From a virus: a stretch of 64,000 bases of DNA. A program made the position numbers and the translations under genes. A model generated the notes under the pieces. It had not been told where the DNA came from, ran no database searches, and saw nothing but the letters and a program-made list of their open reading frames with translations. Below are positions 57,387-64,000 of the stretch, in pieces (the stretch's first letter is position 1; each line of letters begins with the position of its first letter). The DNA lies in the IMG/VR virus record IMGVR_UViG_3300008952_000015, positions 32,001 through 96,000 of that record. One strand, 5' to 3'.

Positions 57387-57410
57387 ATATAATTGATGTA
57401 GAAAAAATAA
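57387..57410 (-). promoter_or_regulatory. Motif A copy
   Basis: atataattgatgtagaaaaaataa, about 22 nt upstream of the tmRNA 5' end. Confidence 0.7.
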
Positions 57411-57426
57411 CAAAAATTATTACAAG

Positions 57427-57870
57427 CTAGTTAGAAAGGCGGTATATGCAGTAGCCGCTATTCTCCTTAACGACGCTTAAATCTAAAGAAACACTCCTTT
57501 GAAAGCCTCTTGAGGTCTTGCCATCTTTCTTTATATCCCTTCTGACAGCTATAAAGGCATGTCCTCCTTTTCTCAAAAGAGACTTAATAGAACTTAAAAT
57601 TTCACTTTCAGACTCTTCGCTTACAACATTTAAAACATAAGTGCATAATATGGTGTCAAAAGACAGCCCTGTAAGGTCCATAGGTCGCCAATGTGGGTCG
57701 TAAGCCTCAACAGTATGTCCGGCTTTTTTAAGGTGGTCAAAGTCAGCTCCCCTTCCACAGCCGTAGTCTAGAATGGCTCCACTTAGTAGGCCACTCTCTT
57801 GAAGGAATCTCAAAGGAGCCGAAGCTGCCTTTCTGGATATAGCGGTATTATAACTTTGTACAGTTTGCAT
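57427..57870 (-). CDS. Class I SAM-dependent methyltransferase
   Basis: ILDYGCGRG.D, YDPH, FDTILCTYVLNVV. Confidence 0.85.
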   Translation of the reverse strand: MQTVQSYNTAISRKAASAPLRFLQESGLLSGAILDYGCGRGADFDHLKKAGHTVEAYDPHWRPMDLTGLSFDTILCTYVLNVVSEESESEILSSIKSLLRKGGHAFIAVRRDIKKDGKTSRGFQRSVSLDLSVVKENSGYCIYRLSN

Positions 57871-57936
57871 ATCAACTCCGTTATCATGTTATGATGTATA
57901 TCTTGCTTTTATAGTAAGCAGCATTGAATGGAGTGC

Positions 57937-58320
57937 TTACTCATCCCTATGTAGAATATCTTGAAACAGCTGATCTGCCTGTGCTCTTTCCTCGTCTGTA
58001 GGAGCACCTGCACCTTCTACCTCTGCTGCCAACTGATTCATTTCTCTTACAGCCGCAGCTGCCGCGCCGTTCATATCTAATCCAAACTCTTGAATATTTC
58101 GCATAAACAAAGCTCTAAACATATCTGCATAAGACTCAGGATCTAGCCAATCGCTATCCAGAAAGCCTTTATGCACAGCCTCATCCTCCCTGCTCAAAGG
58201 CTCATTATTAAAGCCTTCCGCAAGAGTTCCTGCGAACTTGTCTAAAACATCAGCTTCTTTAGCTAACCCCTTGCTATCTAGCTCTTGAGCTAATTTCAAA
58301 ACCTTTGTTAATAATGACAT
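57937..58320 (-). CDS. Acidic protein with N-terminal shared leader motif
   Basis: KVLKLAQELDSKGLAKEADVLDKFA; AAGGAG RBS. Confidence 0.75.
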   Translation of the reverse strand: MSLLTKVLKLAQELDSKGLAKEADVLDKFAGTLAEGFNNEPLSREDEAVHKGFLDSDWLDPESYADMFRALFMRNIQEFGLDMNGAAAAAVREMNQLAAEVEGAGAPTDEERAQADQLFQDILHRDE

Positions 58321-58340
58321 TATATTCTCCTTTGCCTCTA

Positions 58341-58541
58341 TTATTTATTATTAATAGTAACAGATTTTTCGGGAACCTTTGATAAAAATTTCTCCATTTC
58401 TTTGGAAAGGCTTTCAGAAAACTTCTCTAACTCTTCCAAAGAAAAGCTTTCTAAGTGCATAAAGCCAACGTCATCTCTCCAAATGAGATACTTATACTTC
58501 CTGTATGTTTCATCTTTTTTATGTGGAGGTTTAATGTTCAT
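58341..58541 (-). CDS. Hypothetical protein
   Basis: 66-aa ORF. Confidence 0.5.
   Translation of the reverse strand: MNIKPPHKKDETYRKYKYLIWRDDVGFMHLESFSLEELEKFSESLSKEMEKFLSKVPEKSVTINNK
58345..58360 (-). promoter_or_regulatory. Motif B variant (TTACTATTAATAATAA)
   Basis: Identical to 23969-23984; 25 nt upstream of the 58320 ATG. Confidence 0.55.
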
Positions 58542-58576
58542 TACTTTAATGTTACCGAAAAATATTCTTAAAAGAA

Positions 58577-58741
58577 TTAATTATTTTTCCTTAAAAGACT
58601 TCCGGCTTCATTAAATACCTTTTTAATCTTTTCCCTGAAATCCTTTTGTACCCATCCGTCATTTCTGGGATTGCTTGCTTCGCTACCCCAGTCCTTAAGC
58701 GCATCTAAGACTTCTCTCAAAGAGGGTTTGCTTTTGCTCAT
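58577..58741 (-). CDS. Small hypothetical protein (54 aa, below track cut-off)
   Basis: ATGA overlap with the sigma stop; MSKSKPSLREVLDALKDWGSEASNPRNDGW... Confidence 0.6.
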   Translation of the reverse strand: MSKSKPSLREVLDALKDWGSEASNPRNDGWVQKDFREKIKKVFNEAGSLLRKNN

Positions 58742-59610
58742 TTGTACTCCTCTATCCCATAATGTACCCTTAGCCTCTTTCTAAGCCTATCTATTGCCCT
58801 CTTCTCTACTCTTCTGACCCACTCCCTAGATATATTTAACTCTTTCTCTAAGACCCTTAATGTTTTTGGCTCTTCGGTTAAGAATCTATTTTTTATAATT
58901 TTTCGCTCAAGATCGGGTAAGGTTGGCATTATCTCGTTAATAGCAAGCGTAAGGCTGTTTAACTCGTCTGCATCTTCATACTCACTGTGAGGACTGATGG
59001 GGTCTTGCAATAAATCTACTCTAAGAGTAGTTCCATCCTCACCTGCTTTAATAGGCGTATCTAGCCTAACGTCAGCGCCTTTTAAGGAGGCCATCATTTG
59101 TCGCAAAGAATCTTTTTTTACAGACAGAGAAGTTGCTATATAATTTAACTTATCTTCTCCTGTCAGCTCGCTCTCTTCAGCTTCTTTTAAGGATTTAGAT
59201 AGATTGGAAAACAGAGTTCTGTCATCTCTGGTCGTTCCCATCTTGACCACTGATTTATAATCCATAATATATCTTTTCATATTCGCCCTAACCCACCACA
59301 TAGCATAAGTTAGGAAAGTCACCTCTTGTGTTGTATCAAACATGCTTGCCGCCTTAAGCAGTCCCGCAATACCTTCTTGCATCAAGTCTTCGTAAGAAAT
59401 ATAATAATTCTTAGCCTTTAGCTTAAAGGCTTCCTTTGAAACAATCTTCATATTAGACAATACAAGTTGGTCTAAAGCAGGTTTATTAGAGTTGACCTGC
59501 CACTTCTTTACCAGATCAAGCTGCACATTTGCAGGAAGAACAGGGTTGTCTTTTATAATATCTTTTATTAAATCTATCGACGGCATACAGTCTCCTTTAC
59601 CATTCATCAC
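58738..59610 (-). CDS. Sigma-70 family factor, RpoH/RpoS-like (regions 1.2-4)
   Basis: LVLSNMKIV, EDLMQEGIAGLLKA..FD...FLTYAMWWVRA, KTLRVL...ISREWVRRVEKRAI; probable start 59586. Confidence 0.92.
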   Translation of the reverse strand: MMNGKGDCMPSIDLIKDIIKDNPVLPANVQLDLVKKWQVNSNKPALDQLVLSNMKIVSKEAFKLKAKNYYISYEDLMQEGIAGLLKAASMFDTTQEVTFLTYAMWWVRANMKRYIMDYKSVVKMGTTRDDRTLFSNLSKSLKEAEESELTGEDKLNYIATSLSVKKDSLRQMMASLKGADVRLDTPIKAGEDGTTLRVDLLQDPISPHSEYEDADELNSLTLAINEIMPTLPDLERKIIKNRFLTEEPKTLRVLEKELNISREWVRRVEKRAIDRLRKRLRVHYGIEEYK

Positions 59611-59842
59611 GCTGTTTGTATAAACGTTTTTTTGAACGCCTTATTTTTGAATTTTTGTTCTGAATCTCTCCAACATCATACCACTCGTCCCACTCATCCT
59701 CCTTTGGGTCGTAAACAATATCCTTAGGCCCTTTCTTTTCTTCCTCTGTATTGTAATTAGAGTCACCCCTATCGCTCTTCTCCGAAGAATCCATTTCGCT
59801 ACCTGCTCCTTTTATCTCTCTATTTATTAGAGTCTGTTCCAA
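59597..59842 (-). CDS. Low-complexity hypothetical protein
   Basis: Charged short ORF; start uncertain. Confidence 0.45.
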   Translation of the reverse strand: MEQTLINREIKGAGSEMDSSEKSDRGDSNYNTEEEKKGPKDIVYDPKEDEWDEWYDVGEIQNKNSKIRRSKKRLYKQRDEW

Positions 59843-60263
59843 ACATTCTGTCTACTACAGGATAAATGCCCCCATAATTACTGTGGGGATCTTTCAAATG
59901 ATGGTGCATGTGATGTTCTGCCCAATAAGCAGCTGACCCATTATGAGCCTTCCAGTGTCTATGAGCATAAACGGGAAAGAAAGAGCAGACTCCTAGCGCA
60001 AAGGGCAGACTTATGTAGCCAAGGCTGATCATAAAAATGGCGATAAGAACCTTAGACCATCCTGGGAACAATGCTCTTTCCAAGGAATCTGGCTTAGCAT
60101 GGTGCCTTGTGTGAATGGCTCTAATCTTATTTAGGATAGGCAGGGTTCCTAGTTTGCCGTGAAAAACAAACCTGTGAGTAAAGTAAAATGCTAAGGCACC
60201 AGAAATGTGTCCAGCAAAGATTAGTAATATAAAAAGTAACGTATCAAATAGTGTATGTTCCAA
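59820..60263 (-). CDS. Fatty acid hydroxylase / sterol desaturase-like membrane di-iron enzyme
   Basis: His boxes HRFVFH, HTRHH, H...H, HHMHHH and NYGG...DRMFGT, with TM helices. Confidence 0.85.
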   Translation of the reverse strand: MEHTLFDTLLFILLIFAGHISGALAFYFTHRFVFHGKLGTLPILNKIRAIHTRHHAKPDSLERALFPGWSKVLIAIFMISLGYISLPFALGVCSFFPVYAHRHWKAHNGSAAYWAEHHMHHHLKDPHSNYGGIYPVVDRMFGTDSNK

Positions 60264-60265
60264 GT

Positions 60266-60562
60266 TTAGTCTCCAGATTCTTTTATCATTCTTATTATTT
60301 CCCGGTCAAAAGTGAAGCTTTTTGTTTTAGAAAGCCTTTCTTTTCCAGTATAAGGAACGCACATTTCTTTCAAAGCATACAGATCTTTTCTTCTGACGAA
60401 AGATCCCTCAAACCCTTTCACATGGGTTATTTCTCCGCTTTGCCACTCGGTAACTCTATCTATAATCTTTTTAACTTTTTTATAAACTTTTGGTCCAGCA
60501 GCAGTCTTTACCTCTAAAATATCACCGACTTTGTAGGTAATGTTATTCTTTTTCGTTTTCAT
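60266..60562 (-). CDS. Hypothetical basic protein
   Basis: YKVGDIL.V SH3-like start. Confidence 0.6.
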   Translation of the reverse strand: MKTKKNNITYKVGDILEVKTAAGPKVYKKVKKIIDRVTEWQSGEITHVKGFEGSFVRRKDLYALKEMCVPYTGKERLSKTKSFTFDREIIRMIKESGD

Positions 60563-60731
60563 TTTTATTCAACTCCATAGATAGCAGGACTGTGGCGTAA
60601 GACATGCCAGAAAGTAGCATCAAGTCAAGGTTGTCATAATATAGACCCGCCCCAAAGACGAACGCATTTATAACAAGCAAAGATGTTAAAAAGGTTTTAT
60701 TCCTCAATATTTTCAAGAAGTTACTGTTCAT
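60543..60731 (-). CDS. Small two-TM membrane protein
   Basis: Two hydrophobic segments; TACTATTAA motif upstream. Confidence 0.6.
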   Translation of the reverse strand: MNSNFLKILRNKTFLTSLLVINAFVFGAGLYYDNLDLMLLSGMSYATVLLSMELNKNENEKE

Positions 60732-60767
60732 ATCCTGTTCCTTTCTAGCTACATATTTAATAGTATA

Positions 60768-61130
60768 TCAAAGCCTCATAATCTCCCACGTTCCATCCCA
60801 CTCTGTATAGTGAACTTTTCTTACTCCATGCTTCTTTAAGAACCTTTGACAGTACAAGCAGGGCTTAGACATTGTTGGAACACCATTTTTAGAAAACCTT
60901 ATAACTCTTATCTCGCTTATCTCACCTGGCTTAAACTGCCGGATAAGATCCATCTCTGCATGAAGATGAAAACCCTTAGTGCCGTCTGGATGAACTCTCT
61001 TAAATTTTGCTGAAGACCTATCAGAGTTTGTTCCGAATATAACAGACGAACCTCTTTTGGCCCAAGCCGCAAGGTGATAGTCGTGACTATTATTTAGAGC
61101 AATCTCTCTTGCTTTATTTAGATAATACAC
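60768..61130 (-). CDS. Cytidine/dCMP deaminase-fold protein
   Basis: HAE and SKPCLYC Zn motifs. Confidence 0.85.
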   Translation of the reverse strand: MYYLNKAREIALNNSHDYHLAAWAKRGSSVIFGTNSDRSSAKFKRVHPDGTKGFHLHAEMDLIRQFKPGEISEIRVIRFSKNGVPTMSKPCLYCQRFLKKHGVRKVHYTEWDGTWEIMRL

Positions 61131-61178
61131 TGGACATTATGCCGCCTCCTAACGGGGCTAATATTAAGAAAATATATT

Positions 61179-61616
61179 CTACCACTCATATTTAGGAAAA
61201 TCCTCATACTCTGGGCCATCCGAATCTAAATCTAGATACTGACAGTCGTTTGATATGGCAAACAAAATAAGCATCCTCAGTCCCTCGCTAACAGTGACCT
61301 CTCCTATTTCTTTTAGCAAGTCTTCTCTTAGGTGTATTCTTGTCCCATAATGATGGTCGTGAAGCGAGAAGATTTCGGGGAAGTAGGCCAACGTATCAAA
61401 GTCCTTCTGCTCTACATGGCAGGTTGAGGCTACCATAGTTTTATATACCTCAAAGCCTTCGCCAACAGGTGTTAAATCTTCTGTGCCTCTACTCTTATCT
61501 ATTTTGGTCATCAATGATTCTATTTCAGAAGAATAATTATATTTAAATTGAAACGATAATGTATCAATAATAAGATTAAGCTCTTCTTCAGTTAGCTCTA
61601 CTTTGCAAGTAGACAT
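61179..61616 (-). CDS. Hypothetical protein
   Basis: STCHV...LDLDSDGP.YEDFPKYEW C-terminal pattern. Confidence 0.65.
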   Translation of the reverse strand: MSTCKVELTEEELNLIIDTLSFQFKYNYSSEIESLMTKIDKSRGTEDLTPVGEGFEVYKTMVASTCHVEQKDFDTLAYFPEIFSLHDHHYGTRIHLREDLLKEIGEVTVSEGLRMLILFAISNDCQYLDLDSDGPEYEDFPKYEW

Positions 61617-61828
61617 TAGTTTGTTCCCGTAAGAAGGGGGCTTAACTCTTCTGTCGCTTTAAAGATATAATCCATAGCATGATCTATGTTTTCAAACTTT
61701 GTTGTTACCTGATGACCATTACTAAGGTTAATAATAATGCCATTAGAATCTTTCGCAATAGACGCAATATGCTCTGCGTTTACAAGAATGATCTTGCCCG
61801 TTGTAGTTTCTATTGGAAGTAATTTCAT
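61616..61828 (-). CDS. Small hypothetical protein (FlbD-like beta fold possible)
   Basis: ILVNAEHIASI...IINLSNG. Confidence 0.6.
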   Translation of the reverse strand: MKLLPIETTTGKIILVNAEHIASIAKDSNGIIINLSNGHQVTTKFENIDHAMDYIFKATEELSPLLTGTN

Positions 61829-61839
61829 ACTATTCTCCT

Positions 61840-62976
61840 TTACTCGTAATCTCTTACGCTAATTCCAACGGGAAACCTTGGCCTACCATCATCAGTAAGC
61901 TCTTGATATTTAACCGTTAAATCCTTACCTATATAAGAGTTAAGATTCTTGTATATCTCAGCCCTGTCTTCGTGAGTTCCCTTTGGTCTAACGTCAAACT
62001 CAAGCCCGTCAGCAGTTACGCATCTAAAGATAACAAGGCCAGTCTCTCTGCCAGTGCCATCTTTTCCTCCGATAATCTTAAACTCATTATCGACAAACCT
62101 CTTTACCTTCTGTAAATCATAAGAGCGATGCTTATATTTGTAGGGACTATTTTGATTGCGAACCATCATTCCCTCATAGCCATCGCCAATAAATCTTGAT
62201 TCATAAAGATCAAATTCCTCTTGATTTTCAATGTCAACCGTTTCTACAAACTTAATGTTATCAATAAGTCCGATATGCCCGTTCCATTCTTTGCAATACG
62301 CCGGAAACATAGTGGTACACATAGTTCTCTTGGGAATCCTATCTTCAAAGGAAAGGCTTGGGTGTGGACTGTCATAAATATGATACTCCAAGAGGTCTGT
62401 ATCGGCTCTCTTTTTCTTAACCGCAGAGATAATTCTTTGAAAGGTCCAGTCGTGAACATATATTTCTCCGTCTACACACTGACCTTCGCTTAGCATTACC
62501 CCTAATTGAGTAGCGATTTTATCTGGAATATCCATTTCCTTGCCCTTTCTAGACCACATCAGTATATTGCCATCTTCTTTCTTGGCAATCATCCTGACTC
62601 CATCCAATTTAGGCTGAACCCAACATGGAAACTTAATCTTCGCACTATGCTTATCGTATCTGTGGGCAAGCATAGGAAGGAATAACCCGTCAGATGCAGA
62701 TGGAATCTTGCTCTTATCCTCTACATACCCTGAGTCTTTCTTGCGACTATGGGCAGACTTAGCCTCAGACAATGCTTGTTCATAGGGAGAAGTTTCATTG
62801 GCTCTGCCAATATTTTTTCCTTCCTCTATATAGCGTTGATCAAGCTGCTTCTTGCCATCTTCATAGCCATGCTCGGTTTCGATATAGCAGGTTCCATCGG
62901 CCATTTTAAGAACCGAGATATTCCACTCCTTAATCTTACCGTTAGTGGATCTTCCATACAGCGTAGATAAACTCAT
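61840..62976 (-). CDS. lig: ATP-dependent DNA ligase
   Basis: PMLA, QPKLDGVR (motif I), DGEIY, YHIYD, EGMMVR, LQKVK, PRFP. Confidence 0.95.
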   Translation of the reverse strand: MSLSTLYGRSTNGKIKEWNISVLKMADGTCYIETEHGYEDGKKQLDQRYIEEGKNIGRANETSPYEQALSEAKSAHSRKKDSGYVEDKSKIPSASDGLFLPMLAHRYDKHSAKIKFPCWVQPKLDGVRMIAKKEDGNILMWSRKGKEMDIPDKIATQLGVMLSEGQCVDGEIYVHDWTFQRIISAVKKKRADTDLLEYHIYDSPHPSLSFEDRIPKRTMCTTMFPAYCKEWNGHIGLIDNIKFVETVDIENQEEFDLYESRFIGDGYEGMMVRNQNSPYKYKHRSYDLQKVKRFVDNEFKIIGGKDGTGRETGLVIFRCVTADGLEFDVRPKGTHEDRAEIYKNLNSYIGKDLTVKYQELTDDGRPRFPVGISVRDYE

Positions 62977-63171
62977 CTATTCCTCCTCTTCAACATAGCC
63001 TAAAACCGTTAACAATATAATTCCATCATCAACACCAGATACTTCCCAGGAAATGCCCTGAAGATAAGGCTCTCCGGTTAAGTCACAAAGATGATCATTA
63101 AAATCATCAATAGTCGTACCAACAACATCGTCGAAATCTATTTCAACAACTTTCTTTACATCATAAGTCAT
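62977..63171 (-). CDS. Small acidic hypothetical protein
   Basis: Abuts the ligase start. Confidence 0.6.
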   Translation of the reverse strand: MTYDVKKVVEIDFDDVVGTTIDDFNDHLCDLTGEPYLQGISWEVSGVDDGIILLTVLGYVEEEE

Positions 63172-63284
63172 GTGCTTATTTCCCTTTGAAAAGATTTATA
63201 GCAAAGAGATTGTAGAAAACAACCGCTGAAAAACCTGAACTAAAAATAATACAGGCTAAGATAGCTGCTTCATATAGAACTTGC

Positions 63285-63521
63285 TTACTCAAACCTAAAT
63301 CCTTCTTCAAGCTTTTCAGTAGGTATTCTGAGCGCCATATAAACCTTGTCATTACGATTGACCAGAACCCCTTTTTGTGCGGGACGATAAGCAAATACTT
63401 CGTTATCCCACTTCAAAAGGCTCCATTCAAGGCGACTAAATAAGACGCTTTTAATGTGAATCCCCAAGGTTAATCCTGCTATAAAAAGAATTATACCAAG
63501 CATTACTGACATTTCAATCAC
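63285..63521 (-). CDS. Small membrane-anchored protein
   Basis: N-terminal TM helix; coupled to the upstream ORF. Confidence 0.55.
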   Translation of the reverse strand: MIEMSVMLGIILFIAGLTLGIHIKSVLFSRLEWSLLKWDNEVFAYRPAQKGVLVNRNDKVYMALRIPTEKLEEGFRFE

Positions 63522-63987
63522 CTAAATCCATTCCATATTCAAAATTTACAGTTGTAGCGTTTACTCTATATTCTTTTGCGTTATTTTTCACATGAAATCT
63601 TCTCGCCATCTTTGTAATGGGAGATAGAGTTACGACACGCCTTATTGAAGGCTTCGTCTTAGCCATACTTATTACTCTCTTAACGATCTCTTTCCCAGCT
63701 CCAGCCTGATAACTCCATACAGTATAAGGTACTGCTATAGGTCCATCAACACATGAAAGCGTATCCAGTGATTCTATATCATATGGAACTTCTAATGTTC
63801 TAGCTAAACATAAAAATGCTGCATAAAAATCACTATCATCGACTAAGGCAAAGACTTTTCTGCCAGATGAAACTCGGAATCCCCTTGGTAATTCTGGCCT
63901 TACAGGGTCTTTCCCTTCCCACAATCGAGGGCTGTCTGTAACATCATTAACCGTGTGATTCTCATAGCTTATTCTCTTTCGGGTCAC
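63514..63987 (-). CDS. GNAT-like fold phage protein
   Basis: YTVWSYQAGAGKEI...VVTLSP..MARRFH..NNA; GGAGG RBS with GTG start. Confidence 0.6.
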   Translation of the reverse strand: MTRKRISYENHTVNDVTDSPRLWEGKDPVRPELPRGFRVSSGRKVFALVDDSDFYAAFLCLARTLEVPYDIESLDTLSCVDGPIAVPYTVWSYQAGAGKEIVKRVISMAKTKPSIRRVVTLSPITKMARRFHVKNNAKEYRVNATTVNFEYGMDLGD

Positions 63988-64000
63988 ACTACCCTCCGAT

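Noticed and set aside
317-63308. Most short plus-strand ORFs in the track
   Set aside because: They are antisense shadows of longer, motif-bearing minus-strand genes; only 45416-46966 and 52106-52363 occupy their own space.
1-64000. Stop-codon reassignment (TAG/TGA recoding seen in some large phages)
   Set aside because: Conserved enzymes are full length under code 11, and TAG, TGA and TAA all end genes at expected positions.
1-64000. Cellular (bacterial) chromosome, given groEL, purA, clpP, tilS and ssrA
   Set aside because: These genes lack their usual neighbours (groES, clpX, ftsH/hpt, smpB, rpsP) and sit among phage-type genes and ORFans in long unidirectional blocks.

Overview
This window is best read as part of a large, AT-rich, uncultured jumbo/huge tailed-phage genome. 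Genes are dense and almost all on the minus strand, with standard code 11 and GGAG-type RBSs. No ribosomal or core cellular genes are present. Contents: a >1500-aa ORF running off the left edge; two sigma-70-family factors; a Cas4/RecB-like nuclease, SbcCD, a stand-alone primase Zn-finger and an FtsK motor; two large paralogous fibre/adhesin-like virion proteins; host-like functions (HU, KhpA, Hsp20, ClpP, M16 peptidase, AAA+/vWA pair, GroEL); nucleotide and nitrogen genes (ThyX, GuaB/GuaC-like, PurA, glutamine synthetase II, deaminase); TilS, tRNA-Leu(UAA) and a complete tmRNA (tag ANDNYYYNEFALAA); a 5'-3' exonuclease and a DNA ligase. The most striking unexplained structure has three parts. 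(i) A ~30-aa helical motif, LxxLxxxLxxxGxxxxAxx[LIV][DS], is shared by six otherwise unrelated proteins and ends in K-x-A in five of them; it is a candidate capsid-targeting and maturation-cleavage signal. (ii) Two distinct recurring upstream DNA motifs split the genes into two classes, matching the two sigma factors. (iii) A dispersed four-member HEAT-like paralog family. All product calls come from motif recognition by eye; no database searches were run.
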